A model generated the notes under the pieces. That model was given only the letters and a program-made list of their open reading frames with translations, was not told where the DNA came from and made no database searches. DNA of 64,000 nt. Origin: an uncultured bacterium. Lineage in GTDB: Bacteria; Verrucomicrobiota; Kiritimatiellia; RFP12; UBA1067. The position numbers and the translations under genes were made by a program. Positions 1-8,569 of the stretch are shown here, piece by piece (within the stretch, counting starts at the first letter, position 1; every line of letters starts with the position of its first letter). Location: assembly GCA_902764415.1 (NCBI GenBank), contig CACWVU010000003.1, positions 3,857-67,856 on the forward strand, given 5' to 3'.

Positions 1-1
1 C

Positions 2-1411
2 GGGAAGTCGATCACGCTACCCGTAGCCGCGCTCACGTATTCGGACAAGGGCAAGGGTCAGGTTTCCCGCAACTTCCACCGCTGGGCGCGTCGCCACTGG
101 ATGCCCAACGGCGCGAAGGAGAGGCCGACGCTTCTCAACAACTGGGAGGGGACGGGGCTTCTGTTCGTCGAAAAGGAAATCGTCACGATCATGGACGGCG
201 CGAAGTCCGTCGGTGTTGAAATGTTCGTCCTCGACGACGGCTGGTTCGGGCTCGGCGACCGTGTTCGCAATACCGACGACCGTGGGCTTGGCGACTGGTA
301 CGTGAACAAGGAGAAACTTCCAAATGGACTTGCTGGTCTTGCCGCCGAAGCGAAGAAGCGCGGGCTCAAGTTCGGTTTCTGGGTGGAGCCCGAAATGGCG
401 AACATCGGGAAGTGCGATCTTCTCGCAAAGCACCCCGACTGGGCGCTGCAGGAGAAGGGCCGCCCGATGCGCGGCGGACGCGGCGGCACGCAGGTCGTCC
501 TTGACTTCGTAAATCCTGCCGTGCGCGACGAGATCTGGAGCCAGCTCGACGCGGCGTATTCTTCCGTCCCGGGCCTTGCCTACGTCAAGTGGGACGCGAA
601 CGCGAACATCGACAACGTCGGCTCGACGTATCTCGACGCGGCGCACCAGGGCAACCTCTACTTCGACTACACGATGGGCTACTACGACGTCCTCGCCCGC
701 CAGCGGGCAAAATATCCAAACCTCGACATGCAGGCGTGCTCGTCGGGCGGCGGACACATGGAATACGGCTCGCTCAAGTACTGCGACGAGTTCTGGACTT
801 CTGACAACACCGATCCGCGTGACCGAGTGAAGATGCAGTGGGGCGCGAGCATGTTCTATCCAGCATGCGCGATGGCGAGCCATGTGACCGTTACGGGGCG
901 CCAAGTGCCGTTCAAGTATCGCGTTGACGTTTCGTTCTCCGGGCGCTTTGGCATCGAAATGCAACCGAAGAGCATGAAGCCGAGAGAACTCGATTTCGCC
1001 CGCAACGCCCTCAAGGAATATCATCGCATACGTCCTGTCGTGCAGCAGGGCGACTTGTATCGTCTTGTCTCGCCTTTCGAGCACGACTACGCAGCGCTTA
1101 TGTACGTGAACGAGCAGAAGACCCATGCCATCGTCTGCATGTACGGGCTTTCCCGCGACACGCGCAAGAACTATTTGCCGCCGCTTATCATGCAGGGGCT
1201 CGACCCAAAGAAGCACTATCGCCTTCGTGAATTGAACACCGAGAGCTGGCGCGGGCCGCATTCGCCGCTTCTCGGGAAATGTACTGACTTCGTTGCCGAG
1301 ATGGACGAAAAGATACTCCCGACAGGCGAGGCGCTGATGACTTTCGGCCTTCCTGTTTCGCTTGGCAGCAAGGACTACGACTCCGCCATATTCGAGCTCA
1401 TAGCTGAATAG
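2..1411 (+). CDS. alpha-galactosidase, GH36 family (5' end cut by window edge)
   Basis: The frame is open from nt 2: GKSITLPVAALTYSDKGKGQVSRNFHRWARRHW precedes the listed Met at 101. GH36 hallmarks are FVLDDGWFG, YVKWDAN, CSSGGGHMEYG and FWTSDNTDPRDRVKMQWG. Stop TAG at 1409-1411. Confidence 0.88.
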   Translation, partial: GKSITLPVAALTYSDKGKGQVSRNFHRWARRHWMPNGAKERPTLLNNWEGTGLLFVEKEIVTIMDGAKSVGVEMFVLDDGWFGLGDRVRNTDDRGLGDWYVNKEKLPNGLAGLAAEAKKRGLKFGFWVEPEMANIGKCDLLAKHPDWALQEKGRPMRGGRGGTQVVLDFVNPAVRDEIWSQLDAAYSSVPGLAYVKWDANANIDNVGSTYLDAAHQGNLYFDYTMGYYDVLARQRAKYPNLDMQACSSGGGHMEYGSLKYCDEFWTSDNTDPRDRVKMQWGASMFYPACAMASHVTVTGRQVPFKYRVDVSFSGRFGIEMQPKSMKPRELDFARNALKEYHRIRPVVQQGDLYRLVSPFEHDYAALMYVNEQKTHAIVCMYGLSRDTRKNYLPPLIMQGLDPKKHYRLRELNTESWRGPHSPLLGKCTDFVAEMDEKILPTGEALMTFGLPVSLGSKDYDSAIFELIAE

Positions 1412-1450
1412 TACTGCGGATTATGTGGATGTGCTGACAGTATAGTGAAT

Positions 1451-1797
1451 GAAACTCCGATCCGTATGGCTCTCGCTACCGCTCCGCAGAATATGTTTTG
1501 CTTCGCGCATAGCATTCGTTTTCCACGGCCACTCTTGCCTTGTTTTATATCTGCGGCTTCGCCGCAGTGGGCTCTTATGGGGGTCTGGGGGCTGCGCCCC
1601 CAGTTAAAAAAACCTTTGCGTTCTTTGTGTTCTTTGCGGCTGACAAAACCTGCCGTGGATCTGAATTGGGGTTGCGAGATGCGAAGCTGTGGAGCGGGAA
1701 TGCGCCCGCGCCGAAGGCGTCGGGTTGGCCGAGGGCGAAGCCCAAGCCGCGAAGCGGCCGCAAGGGCACGCGCGAGAACCCCAACCATCGGAGTTTT
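1451..1797. repeat. structured nested-palindrome repeat element, copy A (carries a 72-nt extra segment ~1698-1771)
   Basis: The termini are inverted: aaactccgat..ctcgctaccgctcc at the 5' end pairs with ggagcgg..gcgagaacccc..atcggagttt at the 3' end. Internal hairpins are ctgcggc-ttc-gccgcag and ctgggggc-tgc-gcccccag, and a TTCTTTGnG x3 array is present. A ~170-nt core differs from copy B (26971-27245) at only a handful of positions by eye. Confidence 0.85.
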
Positions 1798-1835
1798 AAA
1801 CACTAAAAACACCGAGGAATCGAAGGGTAATCAAA

Positions 1836-4800
1836 ATGCATAAGTTTATAAAGCTCGTAACTTTTGCCGCGGTGGTTGCGGCGGCGACTGCCGCGGGCGC
1901 TGGCGATGCGTCGCCGTCTTCCTGGGCATGGCTTGGTTTTGTCCGCGAAGGCGGCGCAGTGGTCGCGCCTCGCCCAGACTCTCGCTTCGACTGCCCCATG
2001 CGCGGCAAATCCGTCGCGTGGGAAGCGCGCGACACGTTCAATCCTGCGGCCGCGACGTTCGGCGGAGAACTTGCCATACTCTACCGCGCCGAAGACGCGT
2101 CAGGAGAGGGCATAGGCGAGCGGACTTCGCGCATCGGTCTTGCACTATCGTCCGACGGCTCGTCGTTCAGGCGGCTTGGCAAACCTGTTCTCTTCCCGGG
2201 CAAGGACGGCGCCGAGGAATGGGACGCGCCAGGGGGGTGCGAAGACCCGCGCGTCTGCGAGACGCCCGACGGTCGCTACCTCATGCTCTACACGATGTGG
2301 AACCGGAAAGTTCCACGTCTTGGCGTTGCGACGTCGCGCGACCTTTTGAAATGGACGAAGCACGGCCCTGCCTTTTCAGGACGTTTCCGCGATCTCGCAA
2401 CGAAGTCCGCGTCAGTGGTTTGCGAACGTAAGGGCGATTCTCTCGTTGCGGCGAAAATCGGCGGCAGGTATCTTATGTACTGGGGCGAGGAGTTCGTGAA
2501 CATCGCGACTTCCGACGACCTCGTTAACTGGAGTCCGGTTTGCGACGCGAACGGAGAGCTGCTGCGCGTAATCGAGCCGCGCAAGGGGAAGTTCGACTCG
2601 GCGCTCACCGAGTGCGGCCCGCCGGCGGTCCTGACCCAGAAGGGAATCCTTCTCCTCTACAACGGAAAGAACACGGCGGGGACGGACGGCGACGCGCGCT
2701 ATGCGGCGGGTGCATACTGCGGAGGTCAGGTGCTCTTTTCCGTCGACGATCCGACCAAGGTCGTGGCGCGGCTCGACGAGCCGTTCTTCGTCCCCGAGGC
2801 GGAATACGAGAAGTCGGGGCAGTATCCGGCCGGAACGGTATTCCTTGAGGGCCTGGTTCCGTTCCGCGGCAAGTGGCGGCTTTTCTTCGGCTGCGCCGAC
2901 TCGCGCGTCGGCATGGCGACGCTACCTTGCGACGGAATGGAAAACCGGGCCGCGGGAGTCGTTTCCTTCGCCGACCCCAAGTCCGTTCCGCCCGGGAAGT
3001 TTACTTTCATTTCACCCGGCACTCACCCTTCACTCGGCATTCATGTTTCACCCGGCACTCACCCTTCACCAGCAGGGGTGTGGAATGGCGAGGAGTTCCA
3101 GAAGGATGAAACGTGTGCGTCGTTTTCGAAGTACGTCACAAACGCGGCGGAGGTAAAGCGCGTGGAGGTCTTCGCCACGGCGCTCGGCGCGTTCGAGCTT
3201 TACGTCAACGACTCGCTGGTCAGCGTGGAGGAAGACGGCAACCGGGCCGACTTCCTCAGGCCGGGCGCAACCGACGTGTGGCGCCGGCGGCATTTCCTCT
3301 CCTACGACGTCACGCGCCTTTGGCGGCGCGGCAAAGGCGAGTGGAACGACGTCTCCGCCTTCGTCGCCCGTTCGTGGTTCTCCGACGCCGCCGGCGGTCG
3401 CAAGGACGCAAAGCCCGCCTTGGCCGCAAAGGTGAAGCTGGTGTTCTGCGACGGCTCGAGCGCGATCGTGGAAACCGATCCAAGCTGGGCCGCGAATTTT
3501 TCCGCGCCTTTCGAACGTGCGGGAATCTACTTCGGCGAAGTGTGCGATGCGCATGGACAATATAGCGCCACACACTGCGCCGGAAGCATTTTTTCCGGGG
3601 TGAACACCAATTTCACCGGTGTCGTCACCGCGATGGAAGGCCCTGGCGTGTCGCTGAGGCGCGACCTTGCGCTTGATCCCAAGGAGGCGTACGTCTATTC
3701 GGATGCGGACGTCTCGGGCGCGACGAGCAACGCCTTTGGAACCGTATGCGGGCGGAAGGTCCGGCTGCGGGTCGGCGAGAGCGTCCTGCTCAAGCCCGGC
3801 GAGCGTCTCGTCGTCGACTTCGGCCAGAACGCCGCGGCGGTGCCGGAGATCGTCGCGCGGTCCTACATGGGCTTCGTCCTTTCCTTCCGGGGCGGCGAGA
3901 TGCTGAACGACTTGAACGGCGAAAAGTCGCGCGGCAACGACGGGCCGGGCGGGAGCGTCTACCGCGCAAACCTCCGCAAGCTGGCGGCGGACGGGGCGAT
4001 GGCGAAGTACGTCTTTGCGAGCGACGATGCGGAGCCGGCCGGAATTTGTGTAGCGCGCTACATGCCGTCGTTCACTTTCTTTGGCTATCGCTACGCCGAG
4101 ATTTCCGCCACCGGTCCAGTTGAGATTCTTTCCGTGAGGTCGATTCCGGTGACTTCCATTGCGAAGTCGATGGAGCGCGGCACGATCACGACCGGCAACG
4201 CCGACGTGAACCGCCTGGTCGAGAACGCGCGCTGGGGGATGTACTCCAACTACCTTTCGATCCCGACCGACTGTCCGCAGCGCGACGAGCGGATGGGCTG
4301 GTGCGGCGACACGCAGGTATTCGCGCCGGCGGCGTTTCGTTTCGCCGACGCGTACGGTTTTCTTTCCAAGTGGATGACGGACATGCGCGACGCGCAGGCG
4401 GCCGGCGAGGACGGGCTCTATCCGGCGGTTGCGCCGATGATGAGCTGGGGCGCGGTCATGTGGGGGCGCCTCGGCTGGGCCGACGCCGGCGTCGCCGTGC
4501 CCTGGACGGCGTGGCGCATGACGGGCGACACGCGGATAGTCGAGGAGAACTGGGATTCGATGTCGCGCTATGTCGACAGGATCGCCTTGACGCAACATCG
4601 CACGACCGACGGCTTCCAGTGGGGCGACTGGGTTTCGTACGAGCAGATCACACCGACCGGTTCCTGGCCCGCAGACCACCAGTGGGACGGACGCTACCTT
4701 CTGCCCGAGGCGCAGAAGTACTTCGACTACCTCGGCGGCTGCCAGTGGCTGATGGACGCGCGGCGGATGGCCGACATGGCGAAGGCGACCGGCCGCGGCG

Positions 4801-7418
4801 AAGACGCGACGCGATACTCCAAGATGGCGGACGAGGCGCGGGCGTACCTCAAGGCGAATTTCTTCGAGCAGGACGGGGGGTTGCTAAAGATATTCCGCCA
4901 CCTGCAGACGCCGGCCATCTTCGCGCTGCGGCTGGGGCTCTACGACGGCGCGGCGAAGGACACTGCCGTCGCGGCGCTCCTGAAGAACATCGAAGACCAC
5001 GGCGGATGCCTGCAGACGGGCTTCCTCGGGACGGCGCAGATCCTCGACGCGCTTGCCTACGACGCCAACCGTCCCGACGCCGCGTATTCGCTGCTGCTCC
5101 AGGACAAGGATCCGAGCTGGCTCTTTACGGTGCGCCAGGGCGCCACGACGATGTGGGAGCGCTGGAACAGCTACACGAAGGAGAAGGGGTTCGGTCCCGT
5201 GGACATGAACAGCTTCAACCACTACGCCTACGGATCGTTTGCCGACTGGCTCTTCGGCGCTGCCGCAGGGATCCGCCCCGGTCCCGACGGCGGCTTCGAC
5301 GACCGCTTCGAGCTGGCGCCGCTGCCCGACAGACGGCTTGGAAAAGTTGAGGCGACATACAAGACGAAGAACGGCGTCATCAGGAGCGCGTGGCGCTATT
5401 GCGACGACGGCGCGCTCGTCTGGGAATTCGCCGTGCCGGAGGGTTCCGTCGCGGCGGTGACGTTCAACGGCGAGACGCGCGACTATGCCGCGGGCACTTA
5501 CACGCTTGAGACTGTTCCTCGCCCCCTCCGGCCGCCGGCTGTACCACTCGTGACGTGCGACCCGTTCTTCTCGGTGTGGTCGCCGCACGACCGGCTGACG
5601 GACGGCGAGACGACGCACTGGGCCTCATGGAAAACGCAGCCGCTCAGCATCGTTTTGGATGCGGGGGGGAAGGTGTACCGACTCTGCGGAACCGAGCCCG
5701 CCGATGCTCCGGCGCTTGAACAGGTCGCCTGCGAGGTGCGTCCGCTCACGACGGTCGTGCGGTATGCCGGTGCGGACGGTCTCAGCGCGACGCTCGAGTT
5801 CTTGACCGCGAAGGATCCCGACGACCTAGAGACGTTCTCTCGTCCGGTGACGTACCTCACCGCGTCCGTTGAAGGCGCGAAGACGTGGAAGCTCCGCGTC
5901 TCGTTCGGCGCGAACATCTGCCGCGAGGACGAAAGCGCCGCGGTCGCGACCAACGCGCTGACGGTGGCAGGGCGTCCGGCCGTGCGGCTTGGAAGAGTCG
6001 AGCAGAATCCGCTCGGGAGCTCGGGCGACACGGTGAGATGCGACTGGGGCTATGCCTGGACGGTCGACTGCGGCGACCATTTTATCCTGGCATACGACGA
6101 CGTGAAGTCGATACGTTGGTTCGACCGCGACCTGCCCGCATACTGGCGCAGGCACGGAAAGAGCTTTGAGAAGATGCTGGAGGATGCGGTCGGCGCATAC
6201 GCCGCGGTGCGCAAAGCCGCCCAGGCGAAGGACGCCGCGCTTCTGGCGGCGTTCCGGCGGCGCGGCGGCGAGAAATACGCGCGTCTCTGTGCGCTCGCGT
6301 GGCGGCAGAGCTTCGCCGCGTGCAAGCTCGTGACGGGACCCGGCGGGGAGCTTCTGTACTTTTCGAAGGAGAACGGCTCGAACGGATGCATTGGAACGGT
6401 GGACGTATTCTATCCGCAGCTGCCGCTTCTGCTCTACACCTCGGCCGAACTCACCCGCGCCACGCTGCGCCCGATACTCGAGTACGCCGCGTCGGACAAG
6501 TGGAAATACGACTATGCGCCGCACGACCTCGGGCAGTATCCGCTCGCAACCGGCCAGGTGTACTCGATGGGGACAGACCCCAAGACCGGCAAGCCGTACG
6601 CCGACGCGGACCGGATGCCGGTGGAGGAGTGCGGCAACATGCTCATCGCGCTCGCGGCGCTGGCGCAGAAGGAGGGGAACGCCGGCTTCGCCGAGCAGTG
6701 GTGGCCGACGGTGACGAAGTGGGCGGAATACCTCAAGCGGTTCGGCTTCGATCCCGGGGACCAGCTCTGCACCGACGACTTCGCCGGACACCTCGCGCAC
6801 AACGCCAACCTTTCGCTTAAGTCGATACTCGCCCTCCGTTCGTATGCGATGCTGGTGGAAATGCGCGAGCGGGCCCGCGGCGAGTCGTCTGATGAATCCG
6901 ACCGCCTCAAGCTCGAAGCGCTGATGATGAGCATGCAGTGGGTCAAGGCGGCGAAAGACGGACGTGACGGCGCGACGCGCCTCGCCTTCGACCAGCCGGA
7001 GACGTGGAGCCTCAAGTACAACCTCGTGTGGGACCGCGTGCTTGGGTTCGACCTCTTCCCGGACGAGGTCTTCCGCGGCGAAACCGCCGCGTACATCCGG
7101 TTCGCAAACAAGTTCGGCGTTCCGCTCGACAGCCGCAAGACATACACGAAAGGCGACTGGACGATGTGGTGCGCGGCGATGGCCGACAGTCGCGAGGAAT
7201 TCGACGCGCTCGTGGCGGGCGTATACCGCTTTGCGGACGAAACGCCTTCGCGCGTGCCGCTTTCGGACTGGTACGAGACAGTCGGCGAGGGGAAGATGGT
7301 CGGGTTCCTCGCCCGCAGCGTGGTCGGGGGATTTCTCATGCCGATGCTCACTGCCGCCGCCGAGGACGACGCCCGGCGCGCCAGGCAACCTCATGGCGAA
7401 GGGAGGTGCTCAAGATGA
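1836..7418 (+). CDS. secreted tri-modular glycosidase: GH130-like + GH78 alpha-L-rhamnosidase + DUF4964/DUF5127/DUF4965/DUF1793 'glutaminase-like' module (1,860 aa)
   Basis: N-terminal signal MHKFIKLVTFAAVVAAATAAGAG. GH130-type motifs ~1.9-2.95 kb: DTFNPAA, ILYRAED, SRIGLALSSDG, CEDPRV, DGRYLMLYT. GH78 ~3.08-5.51 kb: ATALGAFELYVND and IPTDCPQRDERMGWCGDTQVF. Third module from ~5.53 kb: LRPPAVPLVTCDPFFSVWSP, DVFYPQLPLLLY, YAPHDLGQYP, MPVEECGNMLI, DDFAGHLAHNANLSLK. It is one ORF with no internal stop. Confidence 0.85.
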   Translation: MHKFIKLVTFAAVVAAATAAGAGDASPSSWAWLGFVREGGAVVAPRPDSRFDCPMRGKSVAWEARDTFNPAAATFGGELAILYRAEDASGEGIGERTSRIGLALSSDGSSFRRLGKPVLFPGKDGAEEWDAPGGCEDPRVCETPDGRYLMLYTMWNRKVPRLGVATSRDLLKWTKHGPAFSGRFRDLATKSASVVCERKGDSLVAAKIGGRYLMYWGEEFVNIATSDDLVNWSPVCDANGELLRVIEPRKGKFDSALTECGPPAVLTQKGILLLYNGKNTAGTDGDARYAAGAYCGGQVLFSVDDPTKVVARLDEPFFVPEAEYEKSGQYPAGTVFLEGLVPFRGKWRLFFGCADSRVGMATLPCDGMENRAAGVVSFADPKSVPPGKFTFISPGTHPSLGIHVSPGTHPSPAGVWNGEEFQKDETCASFSKYVTNAAEVKRVEVFATALGAFELYVNDSLVSVEEDGNRADFLRPGATDVWRRRHFLSYDVTRLWRRGKGEWNDVSAFVARSWFSDAAGGRKDAKPALAAKVKLVFCDGSSAIVETDPSWAANFSAPFERAGIYFGEVCDAHGQYSATHCAGSIFSGVNTNFTGVVTAMEGPGVSLRRDLALDPKEAYVYSDADVSGATSNAFGTVCGRKVRLRVGESVLLKPGERLVVDFGQNAAAVPEIVARSYMGFVLSFRGGEMLNDLNGEKSRGNDGPGGSVYRANLRKLAADGAMAKYVFASDDAEPAGICVARYMPSFTFFGYRYAEISATGPVEILSVRSIPVTSIAKSMERGTITTGNADVNRLVENARWGMYSNYLSIPTDCPQRDERMGWCGDTQVFAPAAFRFADAYGFLSKWMTDMRDAQAAGEDGLYPAVAPMMSWGAVMWGRLGWADAGVAVPWTAWRMTGDTRIVEENWDSMSRYVDRIALTQHRTTDGFQWGDWVSYEQITPTGSWPADHQWDGRYLLPEAQKYFDYLGGCQWLMDARRMADMAKATGRGEDATRYSKMADEARAYLKANFFEQDGGLLKIFRHLQTPAIFALRLGLYDGAAKDTAVAALLKNIEDHGGCLQTGFLGTAQILDALAYDANRPDAAYSLLLQDKDPSWLFTVRQGATTMWERWNSYTKEKGFGPVDMNSFNHYAYGSFADWLFGAAAGIRPGPDGGFDDRFELAPLPDRRLGKVEATYKTKNGVIRSAWRYCDDGALVWEFAVPEGSVAAVTFNGETRDYAAGTYTLETVPRPLRPPAVPLVTCDPFFSVWSPHDRLTDGETTHWASWKTQPLSIVLDAGGKVYRLCGTEPADAPALEQVACEVRPLTTVVRYAGADGLSATLEFLTAKDPDDLETFSRPVTYLTASVEGAKTWKLRVSFGANICREDESAAVATNALTVAGRPAVRLGRVEQNPLGSSGDTVRCDWGYAWTVDCGDHFILAYDDVKSIRWFDRDLPAYWRRHGKSFEKMLEDAVGAYAAVRKAAQAKDAALLAAFRRRGGEKYARLCALAWRQSFAACKLVTGPGGELLYFSKENGSNGCIGTVDVFYPQLPLLLYTSAELTRATLRPILEYAASDKWKYDYAPHDLGQYPLATGQVYSMGTDPKTGKPYADADRMPVEECGNMLIALAALAQKEGNAGFAEQWWPTVTKWAEYLKRFGFDPGDQLCTDDFAGHLAHNANLSLKSILALRSYAMLVEMRERARGESSDESDRLKLEALMMSMQWVKAAKDGRDGATRLAFDQPETWSLKYNLVWDRVLGFDLFPDEVFRGETAAYIRFANKFGVPLDSRKTYTKGDWTMWCAAMADSREEFDALVAGVYRFADETPSRVPLSDWYETVGEGKMVGFLARSVVGGFLMPMLTAAAEDDARRARQPHGEGRCSR
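3010..3072 (+). repeat. degenerate 18-nt tandem repeat (~3.5 units) forming the GH130/GH78 linker
   Basis: tttcacccggcactcacc / cttcactcggcattcatg / tttcacccggcactcacc / cttcaccag. An exact 24-nt direct repeat lies at 3010-3033 and 3046-3069. It translates as SPGTHP-SLGIHV-SPGTHP-SPA. Confidence 0.8.
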
Positions 7419-8569
7419 AGAAGCGCGAGATACTCCTTCTTTCTCCTTCAGCACAGAGAGACCTCACCGACATATTGTCGGGGATTGTGCCGGCTGTCGA
7501 GCGGAATGGCTGGAGCGTCCATGTGGTTGGCGACATCCATTCCCGAAAGAGACTTCTTGCTCTCCTTAAGTTCTGGTCGCCGGACGGCTGCATCGTCCAC
7601 AGTGGACTCAACGACGGAGGAATAGTCCCTGAGGATTTTGGAAGAATTCCCGTCGTGTGGATAGATCGCGATCCGGCGACGCTGCCGCCTTCGGCGCTGT
7701 GTGTCATTCAGGATTCGCGTCCCGCCGGAACACTTGCCGCCAAGGAACTCCTTAGATTCAACCTTGAGTTGTATGCGTTTGTCGACCGGGCGAACCCGCA
7801 GTTTTGGTCCGAGGACCGCCGCAAAGCTTTCCGCGAGGCCGTCGAACTTAACGGGAAAGACTATCGGGAATATACAGAGCCCAGCAAATCGAAGTGGCGC
7901 CGCGGCCTAAAGAAGTTTCTTCTTTCGCTTCCCAGGCCCTGCGGGGTGTTCTGCACAAACGACTCGGTTGCCGTTGAAGTGATGTCGCAGGCGTCAAAAC
8001 TCGGCATAGAGATGCCTGACGAGATGCTGGTTGTTGGAGTTGATGACGTAGATGCGTTTTGCGAGGCCGTTTCGCCGACGCTGACGAGCGTGCACCCCTC
8101 CTTTGCGGCGGCAGGACTTGCTGCTGCGGAGCTTCTCGCGAGAAGCATTGCTAATCCGAAGCTCAAGGGTGTGATCAAGACTTTCGTGGCGCATGAGATA
8201 ACGCGGCGGCAGTCCACGCGCCACATCACTACGAATGGCGGCAACATCGGCCTTGCGCTCGAGATGATCCGAAGGAGGGCGGCGGAGGGCGTTGCCGTCG
8301 ACGAGGTGGTGTCGCTCATGGGGTGTTCTCGGCGTGCCGCAGAACTCCGCTTCAGGCAGTATCTGCACAGCACCATTCTCGACGAGATACATGCTGCGCG
8401 CATCGAACTTGCGAAGAGAATCATATTGAGTGGCAAGTTCAAGATCGGCGGGCTGCACCTTCGCTGCGGCTTCGACTCGCCCGCGACCTTCCGCCGCGTG
8501 TTCAAGTCGGTCACGGGGCTTTCACCGCAGGCATACCTGCAAAAACACCAAGAGGTAACGACAACATGA
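7415..8569 (+). CDS. AraC-family transcriptional regulator with N-terminal LacI/periplasmic-binding-protein-like sugar-binding domain (XylR-type hybrid)
   Basis: ATG 7415 overlaps the upstream TGA (ATGA, 7415-7418) and is preceded by gggagg at 7401-7406. The C-terminal AraC HTH reads VDEVVSLMGCSRRAAELRFRQYL...LHLRCGFDSPATFRRVFKSVTGLSPQAY. The N-terminal part has an alternating beta-alpha PBP-like pattern (VFCTNDSVAVEVM, VVGVDD). The longer ORF start at 7004 lies inside the upstream gene. Confidence 0.82.
   Translation: MKKREILLLSPSAQRDLTDILSGIVPAVERNGWSVHVVGDIHSRKRLLALLKFWSPDGCIVHSGLNDGGIVPEDFGRIPVVWIDRDPATLPPSALCVIQDSRPAGTLAAKELLRFNLELYAFVDRANPQFWSEDRRKAFREAVELNGKDYREYTEPSKSKWRRGLKKFLLSLPRPCGVFCTNDSVAVEVMSQASKLGIEMPDEMLVVGVDDVDAFCEAVSPTLTSVHPSFAAAGLAAAELLARSIANPKLKGVIKTFVAHEITRRQSTRHITTNGGNIGLALEMIRRRAAEGVAVDEVVSLMGCSRRAAELRFRQYLHSTILDEIHAARIELAKRIILSGKFKIGGLHLRCGFDSPATFRRVFKSVTGLSPQAYLQKHQEVTTT

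Noticed and set aside
1445-1843. Small ORFs inside the repeat elements: 1445..1843, 1540..1806, 1375..1812 (minus) and 26953..27276.
   Set aside because: They overlap each other in several frames on a highly structured palindromic repeat. Their similarity between copies simply reflects nucleotide identity. There are no credible start contexts or protein-like motifs.
7004-8569. Longer N-terminal extensions offered by the ORF track: 7004 for the AraC regulator, 8323 for GH92, and 22683 (TTG) for the four-helix-bundle gene.
   Set aside because: The extensions lie inside the upstream genes or repeats and translate to Arg/Pro-rich sequence. Downstream ATGs (7415, 8566, 22698) give ATGA coupling or proper N-termini, including signal peptides.
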